In this document: positions 1 to 10,537 of the stretch, in pieces
Layout: each line of letters opens with the position of its first letter
Position numbering within the stretch: the stretch's first letter is position 1
Assembly (NCBI GenBank): GCA_045634425.1
Contig: JAZRAF010000045.1
Span: 1 to 54,999, forward strand
Direction: 5' to 3'
DNA from: Eubacteriales bacterium
GTDB lineage: Bacteria > Bacillota > Clostridia > Oscillospirales > CAG-272
DNA: 54,999 bases
Notes under the pieces: generated by a model
What the model saw: only the letters and a program-made list of their open reading frames with translations
What the model was told of the DNA's origin: nothing
Databases searched by the model: none
Position numbers and translations under genes: made by a program

Positions 1-1251
1 GTCACGAAGCTTGAAGTTAATTCTCTCGGTACCGATCTTGTTCTCCTCAAGGAACTTGATCATAGCAGCCTTAGCATCAGCAACGTCAAGACCGTTAAGG
101 AAGCCGGAGTTAACGAGCTTACCGGTTGCAACGTCGGTGAACGCCTCGTTCTGAACGTCGCCGCCTGCAACTACCTCGATGATAGGAAGGTTGAACTTCT
201 TTGCAAACTCCCAGTCACGCTCATCGTGTGCAGGAACTGCCATTATAGCGCCGGTACCGTAGCCTGCAAGAACGTAGTCGGAAACAAAGATAGGAATTTC
301 CTTGCCGGTTGCGGGGTTGATAGCCTTAACGCCCTTGATCTCAACGCCGGTCTTTTCCTTAACAAGCTCGGTTCTCTCGAAGTCAGACTTCTTGGAAGCA
401 GCAAGCTTATATGCCTCGAGCTCGGGAAGGTTGGTGATGATCGAGCTCCACTTCTCTATCATCTCGTGCTCGGGTGCGATTACCATATAGGTTGCACCAA
501 AGAGAGTGTCACATCTTGTGGTATATACTCTGAGCTTATCGCCTGTGGTGGTAGCGAAGTCGATCTCAGCACCGTTGGACTTACCGATCCAGTTGATCTG
601 CTGAGTCTTAACTCTCTCTATGTAGTCAAGACCGTCAAGATCTGAGATAAGTCTGTCTGCATATTCGGTGATCTTAAGCATCCACTGACTCTTTACCTTA
701 CGGATAACTGCAGACTGACATCTTTCGCAAACGCCGTTAACGACCTCCTCGTTTGCAAGAACGACCTTACAGGAGGTACAGAAGTTTACTGCCATCTCCT
801 TCTTGTATGCAAGGCCCTTCTCAAAGAGCTTGAGGAATATCCACTGAGTCCACTTGTAATAGTTGGGATCGGTGGTGTTGATCTCACGGGACCAGTCAAA
901 GGAAAGACCGAGCGCCTTAAGCTGAGACTTGAAGCGTGCAACGTTTCTCTCGGTTACGATCTTGGGGTGAATCTTATTCTTGATTGCAAAGTTCTCGGTG
1001 GGAAGACCGAATGCGTCCCAGCCCATAGGGAAAAGAACGTTGTAGCCCTGCATTCTCTTCTTTCTTGTAACTATATCAAGTGCAGTATAAGGACGGGGGT
1101 GACCGACGTGAAGCCCCTGTCCCGAGGGATAGGGGAACTCTACAAGGGCGAAATACTTAGGAAGCGAGAAGTCCTGCTTTGCTGCGAAGGGCTGCTGCTC
1201 GTCCCATTTCTGCTGCCATTTTTCTTCGATTTTCTGATAGTTGTAATTCAT
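1..1251 (-). CDS. leuS: Leucine--tRNA ligase, N-terminal 417 codons; the 3' end runs off the left edge
   Basis: Absent from the ORF track because there is no stop in the window. Manual reverse translation from ATG at 1249-1251 gives [22 protein letters not shown]...[18 protein letters not shown] (class-I HIGH-type motif)...[19 protein letters not shown]. The codons at the window edge read ...INFKLRD, matching the LeuS KLRDW region. Confidence 0.9.
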   Translation of the reverse strand, partial: MNYNYQKIEEKWQQKWDEQQPFAAKQDFSLPKYFALVEFPYPSGQGLHVGHPRPYTALDIVTRKKRMQGYNVLFPMGWDAFGLPTENFAIKNKIHPKIVTERNVARFKSQLKALGLSFDWSREINTTDPNYYKWTQWIFLKLFEKGLAYKKEMAVNFCTSCKVVLANEEVVNGVCERCQSAVIRKVKSQWMLKITEYADRLISDLDGLDYIERVKTQQINWIGKSNGAEIDFATTTGDKLRVYTTRCDTLFGATYMVIAPEHEMIEKWSSIITNLPELEAYKLAASKKSDFERTELVKEKTGVEIKGVKAINPATGKEIPIFVSDYVLAGYGTGAIMAVPAHDERDWEFAKKFNLPIIEVVAGGDVQNEAFTDVATGKLVNSGFLNGLDVADAKAAMIKFLEENKIGTERINFKLRD

Positions 1252-1254
1252 TTC

Positions 1255-1677
1255 TTATTCCTCTGTGCTGTTGATTTTTAATTTGGCGTCAACTCGTGCG
1301 ACGATTGGGGAAATATCTATTTCCGATCCGGCCGGCATCAGTCTATCCAAGTTATAGAACTCTCTTGATTCCTTATCAAATACGTTAACGATCACGTTTC
1401 CGTAATCTACGAGTATCCACGCGTTTCCGCGCTTACCCTCGATTCTCAATGCCTCAACACCCTGCTCTGAGAGCTTGTATGCAACCTCGTCTGCCAAGGC
1501 TGCAACCTGTGTAAGGGATCTACCGGTTACGTTGATATAATAATCAGTAATAGGATTCTCTTCGCCAACGTTGTACAGTCGTACGTCTATGGCTTTCTTT
1601 TCGATCAGAACCGCTGCCGCTGCCTCAGCAAGCGTAACAGAGTCTGAATTAAACAGTGTCTTATTTGTTGACTCCAT
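1255..1677 (-). CDS. rsfS: Ribosomal silencing factor RsfS (iojap family)
   Basis: 140 aa. Contains ...DYYINVTGRSLTQVAALADEV...GNAWILVDYGNVIVNVF, typical of RsfS. Conserved nadD-yqeK-rsfS synteny. Confidence 0.9.
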   Translation of the reverse strand: MESTNKTLFNSDSVTLAEAAAAVLIEKKAIDVRLYNVGEENPITDYYINVTGRSLTQVAALADEVAYKLSEQGVEALRIEGKRGNAWILVDYGNVIVNVFDKESREFYNLDRLMPAGSEIDISPIVARVDAKLKINSTEE

Positions 1678-1721
1678 TCCAAACCACCTTTCTCCCCCGA
1701 CGGGAACGATGCGCTTTTGCG

Positions 1722-2339
1722 CTAATGTATTTTTATCGTAAGAGCTTTGATTGTATCCAATGTCTTAGGATTAACAACCGCTCCTTTTCTAAGAAGGCTG
1801 TCGCACGTGCGCTGCATAGCCATTACGCATGCCTTATGCAAGGCATTAACGTTTTCCTCGACATTATCCTTTACCAAAGACAAAAGCATAAACTCGCGCG
1901 TTTCAATGCAATCCTTGTACGTGCGCCCCTCTTCAATGTAATCAGCTAAAAAAATTATCTCATCAAATACCGTCATATCAACGCTTCCAACGGTGTGATT
2001 AAATACTGCTGACAGAATATTTTGTGTTGCAAATTCGGGAAATTCGCTTTTTATTACGTGCGGTGCGGCATAAGAGTGAAAGATGGGAGGTGCATCTGCA
2101 CTGTTAAGTGCTATTCCCTCCTCGTTTATCATAGCAATCAGCGTCTCGGTAGGAAGTTCCTTTGCAACATCGTGAAGCAAAGCGGCAGCTATGATCTCGT
2201 CCTTATCCTCCGGCAAGCAATAGTCGGCCAGAATACCGGCCATACTGCAGACGCCGAGAGTATGCTCAAATCTCTTGGTCGAAAGTATTGATTTTACCTT
2301 GCGCTCCAATGCCTTGATCTCTTTGCCAAAACCACTCAT
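1722..2339 (-). CDS. yqeK: HD-domain bis(5'-nucleosyl)-tetraphosphatase, YqeK family
   Basis: 205 aa. RFEHTLGV...AALLHDVAKE HD motif. 4-nt overlap with the nadD stop, and the position directly after nadD is conserved. Confidence 0.85.
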   Translation of the reverse strand: MSGFGKEIKALERKVKSILSTKRFEHTLGVCSMAGILADYCLPEDKDEIIAAALLHDVAKELPTETLIAMINEEGIALNSADAPPIFHSYAAPHVIKSEFPEFATQNILSAVFNHTVGSVDMTVFDEIIFLADYIEEGRTYKDCIETREFMLLSLVKDNVEENVNALHKACVMAMQRTCDSLLRKGAVVNPKTLDTIKALTIKIH

Positions 2340-2947
2340 TTATACAAACCTTCTCGCTCTATGTATTCCATAACCGAAAGCGGTACAGAATCAGTTTTAC
2401 CGGCCGCAGACAATGCCTCACGTACCTCGGTTGAGGAAAGCGTTACGGTATTCATATCAACCGGGATTATTCTGGCATTATACTTCTCTTTATAAAGCTC
2501 GGTGCATCTGGCTATCTCTTTTTCCAAAGAAGCATCAGCCTCACGCCTTACGTAGCATATCGTCGCAAGCTTGAATATAGTCTCAGGCGAATACCAACGA
2601 TCAAGAGTCAGGAACATATCCGTTCCGCAAAGGAAATAAAGCTCGCGGTCGGGGGCAGAGAGCTCGGTAAGCGTGTTAGCCGTATAGCTCTTGCCGCCTC
2701 TTGCGATCTCAAGATCGGATACCTGAACGTTTTTGATGTGAGAAAAGGCCAGCTTGCACATATCAAGCCTTTGGCTTGGTGTAACTGTGCCTGCGAAGGT
2801 CTTATGCGGGGGAATAAAATCCGGAATTATCATAAGGATATCGGGATCTATTCTACCCGAGAAGGCTTCCGCAGCGGCAACGTGGGCAATATGAGGCGGA
2901 TTGAACGTACCGCCAAAAATGCCTATGCGCTTTGCTTGCGCGCTCAA
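2336..2947 (-). CDS. nadD: Nicotinate-nucleotide adenylyltransferase
   Basis: 203 aa. N-terminal GIFGGTFNPPHIAHV nucleotidyltransferase (H/T)xxH motif. Confidence 0.92.
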   Translation of the reverse strand: MSAQAKRIGIFGGTFNPPHIAHVAAAEAFSGRIDPDILMIIPDFIPPHKTFAGTVTPSQRLDMCKLAFSHIKNVQVSDLEIARGGKSYTANTLTELSAPDRELYFLCGTDMFLTLDRWYSPETIFKLATICYVRREADASLEKEIARCTELYKEKYNARIIPVDMNTVTLSSTEVREALSAAGKTDSVPLSVMEYIEREGLYK

Positions 2948-3231
2948 ATCTCGATCCTCTTTTTCTTCTGTGATTCCTTATAAAGAACAAAGCGAGTTCC
3001 AACGCAGGAAACCACGTCACACTCGATCGCCTCGGCGATCTCGTTAGCTGCTTCCTTTGCGGTATAGCCGCTGTTGTCCAATACACGCGCCTTGATAAGC
3101 TCACGGGCTTCAAGTGCGTTTGCTATCTGCGTACAAATCTCCTCGGTGATACCGCCCTTTCCGATCTGGAAGATGGTATCAAGATTCTGGGAAAGAGAGC
3201 GGAGATACGCTCTTTGCTTGCTTGTTATCAT
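2944..3231 (-). CDS. yhbY: RNA-binding protein YhbY (CRM domain)
   Basis: 95 aa. SKQRAYLRSLSQNLDTIFQIGKGGITEE is the typical YhbY N-terminus. Overlaps the ftsY stop and the nadD start. Confidence 0.85.
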   Translation of the reverse strand: MITSKQRAYLRSLSQNLDTIFQIGKGGITEEICTQIANALEARELIKARVLDNSGYTAKEAANEIAEAIECDVVSCVGTRFVLYKESQKKKRIEI

Positions 3232-4145
3232 ACGTCCTCTCTTTCAAAAAGTGCACTTGCGAATTCTGCGCCGTTAAAGGGCTTCATATCATCGATCTTT
3301 TCGCCGACGCCGATGAACTTAACGGGAATGCCGAGCTCCTGCTTTATAGAAAGAACTATGCCACCCTTTGCGGTGCCGTCAAGCTTGGTAAGCACAAGAC
3401 CCGTGATCTTGGATGCTTCCTTGAACTCCTTAGCCTGAAGAACTGCGTTCTGACCTGTTGTTGCATCAAGAACGAGAAGTGTCTCCTTTGCGGCATCGGG
3501 AAGCTCGCGTGCGATTACCCTGTCGATCTTTGCAAGCTCGTCCATAAGGTTCTTCTTGTTATGAAGTCTGCCTGCTGTATCGATGATCAAAACGTCAGCA
3601 CCGCGGCTCTTAACTGCACCGATAGCATCAAACACAACCGATGCGGGATCTGCGCCTGCGGCCTGCTTTATTATATCAACTCCGGCACGGTCGCACCATA
3701 CCGTGAGCTGCTCGGCAGCTGCGGCACGGCACGTATCCGCTGCCGCAACAACCACCTTTTTGCCCTGAGATTTCAATTCTGCCGAAATTTTTCCTATGGA
3801 AGTTGTCTTTCCGACACCATTGACACCTATAACGAGGATAACTGCGGGCTTGGTGGAGAGGTTAAGAGGCTCGTGGTCACCAACCATCTCACTAAGGATC
3901 CCAAAAAGCTCATCCTTTACCGCTTCGGACTCCTTGATGTTCTTATCCTTTACGATATCGCGAAGTCTGTCGAGTATTTCCTCGGTAACGTAGACACCGA
4001 TATCCGCAGATATAAGTGCCTCCTCAAGCTCCTCAAAAAGCTCTTCATCGACCTTTCTGAAGCTCTTGACTATATTATCTATTTTGCCTACAATGGCATT
4101 TTTGGTCTTGTTAAGACCGCTTTTTAATTTATCAAAGAACCCCAT
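3228..4145 (-). CDS. ftsY: Signal recognition particle receptor FtsY
   Basis: Track ORF is 3228-4187. I prefer the ATG at 4143-4145 ([11 protein letters not shown]...), which is preceded by GAAGGAG 7 nt upstream. [14 protein letters not shown]-loop and DTAGR motif present. smc-ftsY synteny. Confidence 0.93.
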   Translation of the reverse strand: MGFFDKLKSGLNKTKNAIVGKIDNIVKSFRKVDEELFEELEEALISADIGVYVTEEILDRLRDIVKDKNIKESEAVKDELFGILSEMVGDHEPLNLSTKPAVILVIGVNGVGKTTSIGKISAELKSQGKKVVVAAADTCRAAAAEQLTVWCDRAGVDIIKQAAGADPASVVFDAIGAVKSRGADVLIIDTAGRLHNKKNLMDELAKIDRVIARELPDAAKETLLVLDATTGQNAVLQAKEFKEASKITGLVLTKLDGTAKGGIVLSIKQELGIPVKFIGVGEKIDDMKPFNGAEFASALFEREDV

Positions 4146-7100
4146 CCAAAAGCTCCTTCTGCTTTCCTTCAATTTCTTGTACGTCAAGCTCGATAGCCTG
4201 AGAAATACCGCGCTGAGGCATCGTTACACCGTAAAGACGGTCACCGATCTCCATAGTACCGCGGCGGTGGGTGATAAGAATAAACTGAGTTCCATCACCG
4301 AAGCGCTTGATATATTCACCGAATCTGAATACGTTAACCTCGTCAAGCGCCGCCTCGATCTCGTCAAGAATACAGAACGGCGTGGGGTTAACCTTAAGAA
4401 TTGCAAACAGAAGCGCAATCGCAACGAAGGACTGCTCACCACCCGAAAGGAGCGCAAGGCTCTTGATGATCTTACCTGGAGGTGCTGCCTTAATTTCGAT
4501 ACCCGACGTAAGAACGTCCTCGGGATCGGTAAGCTGAAGCTCTGCATTACCGCCACCAAACAGGTCTCTAAAGGTGATACCGAAGTTGTGGTTGATAGCC
4601 TCGAATGCGGTTACGAAGCTCGTTCTCATCTCGCTTTCGATACGTGCGATGATGTCTACAAGCTCGGTGTAGGAGTTGGTAAGGTCGGTATACTGTGCAT
4701 TAAGTGCGTCGTATCTGATCTTAACCTCTGCATATTCCTCGATAGCTGCGGGGTTGTAGCTTCCGAGAGCTCTCAAGCGATTCTTGCAGGAAGTCTGAAC
4801 TGCTGCAACCTCTTCTCTGTTCTCCGCGGTTACGGGAGGATATTCAAGCTCAACTGCCTGCTCGTAGGTGATCTCATACTCATCCCAAAGCTGGTGTCCA
4901 AGCTTCTCCTGCTTCTCCTTGAGCTGTTCAAAACGGTTTTCCGCACGGAGAGTGGATTCCTGAACAACGCTTCTGCTTCTGTTCTTCTCGTCCTTACTCT
5001 CACGGATGGAACGGAGCTCGCGCTCGAATTCATCTCCGCCCTTGTCAGTCTCGCTACGGAGCTGCATAAGCTCTCTGATCTTCTTTTCAAGTTCGAGATA
5101 CTCTGCTTTGTTCTCGGCCTTGATATTATCGATATTATCTCTCTTAGAGGTGAGGTCTCTGATTCTCGCATTCTGAACTGCCTTATCGCTTTCGTGCTCG
5201 GCGATACGGTCGTTGAAGCTGTCGATCATCTGCTGAACGCTTTCGATGTCCTTGCGAGCCTCGGCTATCGATATGTAGGTCTCGTTTGCCTTAGCGGCAA
5301 GCTCATCGCTGTTTTCATCAAGAACGCCCATCTCTGCGCCGCGCTTAAGTCTGAATTCCTTAAGTGCTGCGATGCGCTCAAGCGCTGCGGAATATTCACC
5401 CTCAAGGCGCTTGATCTCCTCCTCGGCCTCGTTCTGCTGACCGATGAGGTTGTTGTAGTCATATTTAAGCTTTTCAAGTATGTTGCAGTTTGCCTCATAC
5501 TTTGCGTTTGCGTTATCAAGAGCAGCAAACTGAGAACGTGAGAGGGTAAGAAGAAGCTCCTTATCCTGCTCGGCTGCGTGGAGGGCATCCTGAGATGCGG
5601 CGAGCTCCTCGTTGATCTCGTTTATAGCATCCGTGGTATCCTTGATCTTGACTGCAAGCTTCTCTGCGTTTTCGCGGAGAGTGGATATTTCGGTAAGTCT
5701 TGTAAGAATACCGCTATCCTTCTTTGCGCTACCACCGGTAAACGCACCGCCGACGCTGATAAGCTGACCGTCGAGAGTTACGATCTTAACGCGGTAGCGA
5801 AGCTTTTTAGCCGCTACGGTAGCGTTTTCGATAGTATCAAACACAACGGTACGAAGAAGCAGCCACTCGATGATGGAACGGTACTTATCATCCGTTTCAA
5901 CGAGAGTGTCGGCACGGCCGACAAAGCCCGTCATCTTCTTCGCTTCCTTGATCTCCTCGGTTTCGCCGGCAGACCTGATAGCGCTTATGGGATAGAACGT
6001 AGCACGGCCTGCATTTGCACGCTTAAGAGCGCGAATAGCAGAGTTTGCAACGTCCTCGTTGTCAACGACTATATTCTGAAGGCTGGGACCGAGAGAGGTC
6101 TCAATAGCAGTTATATACTGCTTGTCTACGTTTATAAGCGAGGAAAGAGGACCGTGTATCTTACCGCCGGAAATGTGTCCGTCGTTGTATTCACGCATTA
6201 CGAACTTAATGCTCTCTGCATAGCCCTCAAAGTGATCGTTCATTCGCTGAAGAACGTCAGCACGCTGAACGAGGGTATCTCTTTCAAGCTTGAGAGAGTT
6301 AAGGGTTTCGTTTATTTCCTCGCGCTCGCCAAGGAGCTCTTCAATGCGCTCATTTGACGCCGCAATAACCTCATCCTTTTCGGAGATCTTAACCTTGAAA
6401 TCTGCAGCGGCGCTTTCGCAACGGTCGGCCTCAGCCTTAAGTGCAGCACCCGTCTTTTCGTATTCCTTGATCTCAAGCTCGATATCCTCGGACTTGGTGT
6501 TATCGTTTACCTTGGAGTTCTTAAGAACGCCGATTCTTACCTGAAGGTTGTTAGCGGTTCCCTCCTCAACGGTAAGCTCGTCAAGAGCCTCCTCGAGGTC
6601 GTGCTTGATCTTAGCGATCTCCTCAAGCAATCTCTGCTGCTCGGAAAGGAACTCAAGGCGCTTGTCCATAAGAGCCTGCAAAGAGGTCTCAAAGTCGCTC
6701 TTTTTGTCCTCGTAGCCCTTCTTATTGGCATTGATGCCCTCGATAGCCTTTTCGATCTCGGAGATACGGATCTTGCACTGCTCGATCATCTCTGCGGAGT
6801 GCGCAAAGTCGGAGTCAGCGGTACGAAGCGCAGTATCAAGGCTGCTAAGCTTCTGGTTAGACTGAATGATCTGCTCGGAGAGCTCGTGAGAGAGCGCACG
6901 GTTTGCCTGCGTTTTCTCATAAAGGTTCTGCTCCTGTGCATCGAGGTCGAGAATGATCTGATCTATGATCTCGAGCTCGTGGTTAGCAAGCTTCCAGGCC
7001 TTGTCAGCCTCCTCAATATCAACTCTTACCTTCTCGGTATCAAAGAGCCAAAGAGAAACGTCTGCACGCTTCTTCTCCTCGTAGATCGCAAGACCCTTAC

Positions 7101-7743
7101 GTGCCTTTTCAGCCTCTTTTTCAAGAGGACCTACGCGGTTTTCAAGCTCGAGAAGGATATCCTTAACACGGTCAAGGTTGTCCTGAGTCTGCTTAAGCTT
7201 ACGCTCAGACTCTTCCTTTCTGTGGCGGTACTTTGATATACCTGCCGCCTCCTCGAAGATGCTACGGCGCTCGTCGCTCTTCTTAGAGATGATCTCCGCG
7301 ATCTTACCCTGTCCGATGATGGAGTAACCCTCACGGCCGACACCGGTATTCATAAAGAGCTCGTAAATATCACGCAGACGGCAAGGCTGACGGTTGATAA
7401 GATATTCACTCTCTCCGGTACGGAAGTAACGACGGGTTACGATAACCTCGTCATACTCGGAGTCAAGGCGGTTTTCAGTATCGGTGTTATCAAACGTTAC
7501 CGAAACCTCGGCAAATCCCATAGGACGGCGCTCATCGGTACCACCGAAGATAACGTCCTCCATCTTCGTACCACGAATATTACGGCTGGAAAGCTCACCA
7601 AGAACCCAACGCATAGCATCGGATATGTTGGACTTACCACTTCCGTTAGGGCCGACGATTACGGTAGCTCCACGCTCGAACGTAAGTATCGTTCTGTTCG
7701 GGAATGATTTAAATCCGTGAAGCTCTAGTGATTTTAAGTACAT
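4132..7743 (-). CDS. smc: Chromosome partition protein Smc
   Basis: About 1200 aa. N-terminal MYLKSLELHGFKSF...GPNGSGKSN Walker A, long coiled coil, C-terminal LSGGEQ signature and ILDEIEAALD Walker B. The start is moved to the ATG at 7741-7743 because the upstream 'MERKKQ' codons spell the RBS GGAAAGGAAG. Confidence 0.95.
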   Translation of the reverse strand: MYLKSLELHGFKSFPNRTILTFERGATVIVGPNGSGKSNISDAMRWVLGELSSRNIRGTKMEDVIFGGTDERRPMGFAEVSVTFDNTDTENRLDSEYDEVIVTRRYFRTGESEYLINRQPCRLRDIYELFMNTGVGREGYSIIGQGKIAEIISKKSDERRSIFEEAAGISKYRHRKEESERKLKQTQDNLDRVKDILLELENRVGPLEKEAEKARKGLAIYEEKKRADVSLWLFDTEKVRVDIEEADKAWKLANHELEIIDQIILDLDAQEQNLYEKTQANRALSHELSEQIIQSNQKLSSLDTALRTADSDFAHSAEMIEQCKIRISEIEKAIEGINANKKGYEDKKSDFETSLQALMDKRLEFLSEQQRLLEEIAKIKHDLEEALDELTVEEGTANNLQVRIGVLKNSKVNDNTKSEDIELEIKEYEKTGAALKAEADRCESAAADFKVKISEKDEVIAASNERIEELLGEREEINETLNSLKLERDTLVQRADVLQRMNDHFEGYAESIKFVMREYNDGHISGGKIHGPLSSLINVDKQYITAIETSLGPSLQNIVVDNEDVANSAIRALKRANAGRATFYPISAIRSAGETEEIKEAKKMTGFVGRADTLVETDDKYRSIIEWLLLRTVVFDTIENATVAAKKLRYRVKIVTLDGQLISVGGAFTGGSAKKDSGILTRLTEISTLRENAEKLAVKIKDTTDAINEINEELAASQDALHAAEQDKELLLTLSRSQFAALDNANAKYEANCNILEKLKYDYNNLIGQQNEAEEEIKRLEGEYSAALERIAALKEFRLKRGAEMGVLDENSDELAAKANETYISIAEARKDIESVQQMIDSFNDRIAEHESDKAVQNARIRDLTSKRDNIDNIKAENKAEYLELEKKIRELMQLRSETDKGGDEFERELRSIRESKDEKNRSRSVVQESTLRAENRFEQLKEKQEKLGHQLWDEYEITYEQAVELEYPPVTAENREEVAAVQTSCKNRLRALGSYNPAAIEEYAEVKIRYDALNAQYTDLTNSYTELVDIIARIESEMRTSFVTAFEAINHNFGITFRDLFGGGNAELQLTDPEDVLTSGIEIKAAPPGKIIKSLALLSGGEQSFVAIALLFAILKVNPTPFCILDEIEAALDEVNVFRFGEYIKRFGDGTQFILITHRRGTMEIGDRLYGVTMPQRGISQAIELDVQEIEGKQKELLDGVL

Positions 7744-8771
7744 TTGTTTCTTCCTTTCCAAATTCGGATATCAACGTCGTATTCGGAAACAACGTCACTT
7801 TCAGAAAAGTGAATGCCGAGCGACTCGAAATCCGACATCAGGCGAAATTTGTTTTTCTTTTTTTGACCTATAAGCTTAGAAAGCGTACGCGGTGCGCCGC
7901 ATATTTCAACGTCACAAGGGCCGTCGATACGCATTTCTGTAATTTTCTCTTTTATTAGACCGTAGTAATACTCGCTTTCGACGAGCTCACCAAGCGCGGG
8001 GTGATTAGGTCCTGCGTAATAGGTGTCCTCATCGGAAAGATTGTCTGAGGAGCATAGACCGATCCTTATAACCTCGACACCCGCATCCTTAAATATGCGG
8101 AATACTCCGGCGGATCTTGATATTGCATCCTCTATCGACAGCGGCGTATATTCGCCGCACTCTGCCATACAGCAAAGCTCGGTATCCTTGAAGACCACAG
8201 TGGGATATATTCTTGCACCCACAGCACCCGTCGACACTATGAAGCGTGCGGTCTCTTCCTCACATTCGGGCGTTGAGCCGGGTAGACCGATCATCATTTG
8301 CCCAACTAAGGAAAAGCCACCGTCAACGATCGATTTGCAGGCCTGCTTCTCGCTCTCAAAGGTGTGCCCACGCTTAGTAAGCGCGAGAACGTCATCGGAT
8401 GCCGACTGCAAGCCAAGCTCTATCGTTTTAACGCCGTAGTGCTTAAGGGTATCAAGTATATTTGCGTTTATGTAATCGGGGCGAGTTGAGCAACGAATTG
8501 ACTGTACTCTGCCCGATAATACGTAAGAATGCGCAACGCTTAAAAGCTCGCACATCAAGTCGTAGTCGATGCCCGTAAACGAGCCGCCGAAAAAGGCGAT
8601 CTCGACCTCGGCATCATCCTCTACCGTTTCAAGCGCGGTATCTATAACCGACTTTACGGATTTGGGATCAAACTCAGATACTCCCGTTATTGAGCGTTGA
8701 TTGCAAAACACACACTGATTGGGGCATCCGAGGTGCGGTATAAATACCGGAATATTTACGTGACGGCTCAT
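7734..8771 (-). CDS. Radical SAM protein (ELP3-like family commonly found between rnc and smc in Clostridia)
   Basis: 345 aa. CPNQCVFC (CxxxCxxC) motif near the N-terminus. Overlaps the rnc stop and the smc start. Confidence 0.8.
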   Translation of the reverse strand: MSRHVNIPVFIPHLGCPNQCVFCNQRSITGVSEFDPKSVKSVIDTALETVEDDAEVEIAFFGGSFTGIDYDLMCELLSVAHSYVLSGRVQSIRCSTRPDYINANILDTLKHYGVKTIELGLQSASDDVLALTKRGHTFESEKQACKSIVDGGFSLVGQMMIGLPGSTPECEEETARFIVSTGAVGARIYPTVVFKDTELCCMAECGEYTPLSIEDAISRSAGVFRIFKDAGVEVIRIGLCSSDNLSDEDTYYAGPNHPALGELVESEYYYGLIKEKITEMRIDGPCDVEICGAPRTLSKLIGQKKKNKFRLMSDFESLGIHFSESDVVSEYDVDIRIWKGRNKCT

Positions 8772-9484
8772 ATTGCGACACCGAAAAGCGTAAGAGCCAC
8801 TTTTGCGGCGCGCTGCTCCGCATCCTTTTTCGTAGTAGCGGTTCCCTCACCTACAACGTTGTTGTTGACCTTAACGACTACCGTAAAGGTCTTTTCGTGC
8901 TCGGGGCCGCATTCGGCAACGACCTCGTATTCAAGGATTGCCGAGCCGTCCTTTTCGATAAGCTGCTGAAGCGCCGTTTTGTAGTCGCCGTTGTTAGTCA
9001 TCTTGCAATTATCGATCTCGTCGATAAACAGGGACAAAACGACGTCTCTTGCACCACCGGTGGCAAAGTTGCCCGAGTCGAGGTAGATCGCAGCGATAAG
9101 AGCCTCGAGCGCATCTGCCAAGACCTTCGGTCTTCTGCGGCAATCGGTAAGCTCCTCGCCGTGCCCTACGTTAAGATAATCGCCAAGATGCAAGGTCCTT
9201 GCGATACGCGAAAGCGTTTTTTCACACACAAGATACTGGCGCATCTTAGTCAGAACTCCCTCGCTCCTGCCGGCAAACGCCTCGTACAGGTGCTCGGATA
9301 TAAGAAGCTGCAAAACGGCATCGCCGAGGAATTCCAAGCGCTCGTTAGACGGATAGTTGATTCCGCGTGCGCGCTGCTCGTTTGCATATGATGAATGGGT
9401 GAGCGCGTTCTCAAGGAGAGTAATATCCCTGAAGGTATAGCCAAGCTTTCCGCTTAACTCAAATATGCTCTTTCCTATCGACAC
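8768..9484 (-). CDS. rnc: Ribonuclease III
   Basis: 238 aa. ALTHSSYANE...NERLEFLGDAVL RNase III signature, with a C-terminal dsRBD-like region. Confidence 0.93.
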   Translation of the reverse strand: MSIGKSIFELSGKLGYTFRDITLLENALTHSSYANEQRARGINYPSNERLEFLGDAVLQLLISEHLYEAFAGRSEGVLTKMRQYLVCEKTLSRIARTLHLGDYLNVGHGEELTDCRRRPKVLADALEALIAAIYLDSGNFATGGARDVVLSLFIDEIDNCKMTNNGDYKTALQQLIEKDGSAILEYEVVAECGPEHEKTFTVVVKVNNNVVGEGTATTKKDAEQRAAKVALTLFGVAI

Positions 9485-9505
9485 TACGCCACCTCACTTT
9501 CTTTA

Positions 9506-10537
9506 TCAGTTATTGTATATTTTCTCGGTTTCGGCAATAAGTTTCTTTTCGTCGTAGTCTACGGCGTAAACTGCGATATCGGTGTTTATGCCTGTTTCAA
9601 CGAAGTATATTGCCTGCCTTACGGCGTTTTTAATTGCGTTTGCATCGGACGAGCCGTGGGCCTTGATTACGGGCTTGGATATACCGAGTATAGGAGCGCC
9701 GCCGTGCTCAGAGGCATCAAAGCGATGCTTGATCTCACGAAGCTTCTCCTTCATCGTAAGGCTGGAAAGCTGGGTTGCAAGGTTGGTCGTAAGAAGATCC
9801 TTGAGTATACCCATCATAAACTTACTCATTCCCTCGATGCTCTTAAGGAATATGTTACCCGTATAACCGTCACATACAAGGACATCGCAAGCGCCGAAAG
9901 GAACTTCCTTTGATTCAACGTTTCCGACAAAGTTTAGGCCACTGTCGGAAAGTAGCTGATAGGACTCGACCTGGAGCGCATTTCCTTTGTTGTATTCGGC
10001 TCCGTTATTGAGCTGTCCTACTCTCGGGCGCTCTATGCCGTATATCTTTTCCATATACTTTGCGCCCATAAAAGCGAACTGCATAATATTGTCTGACGTC
10101 ACGGTCAGGTTTGCACCCGAGTCCATAAGCAAAACGGGGTTTGCCAAAGGAAGAACGGATGCAATCGCGGGGCGGTTGATACCAAGTATGCGCTTAACGA
10201 TAAGGGTTGCACCTGTTATAAGTGCGCCCGTATTTCCCGCGCTTACGAAGGCGTCTGCCTCACCGTTTGCGACCATACGCAAGCCTACGCTCATCGAAGA
10301 GTCCTTCTTTTCTCTCACGACGCACATCGGCTTATCCTCCATCGTTATAACGGAGGTCGCATTTACTATCTGAAGCTTTGAGATATCTATCTCATTCTTT
10401 ACCGCTATATCGGAAACGGTGTTCTCGTCACCGACTACAACGATCTCGGCTTCAAAGGCTTCTGCCGCTTCTACGGCACCCTTTATAATTTCAAGAGGGG
10501 CGTTATCGCCACTCATTACGTCTACTGCTATTCTCAT
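9506..10537 (-). CDS. plsX: Phosphate acyltransferase PlsX
   Basis: 343 aa. [14 protein letters not shown]... N-terminus and overall PlsX-like sequence. Confidence 0.92.
   Translation of the reverse strand: MRIAVDVMSGDNAPLEIIKGAVEAAEAFEAEIVVVGDENTVSDIAVKNEIDISKLQIVNATSVITMEDKPMCVVREKKDSSMSVGLRMVANGEADAFVSAGNTGALITGATLIVKRILGINRPAIASVLPLANPVLLMDSGANLTVTSDNIMQFAFMGAKYMEKIYGIERPRVGQLNNGAEYNKGNALQVESYQLLSDSGLNFVGNVESKEVPFGACDVLVCDGYTGNIFLKSIEGMSKFMMGILKDLLTTNLATQLSSLTMKEKLREIKHRFDASEHGGAPILGISKPVIKAHGSSDANAIKNAVRQAIYFVETGINTDIAVYAVDYDEKKLIAETEKIYNN

Noticed and set aside
4066-5541. 491-aa plus-strand ORF
   Set aside because: Codon-aligned antisense shadow of smc, with no translation signals and a meaningless sequence.
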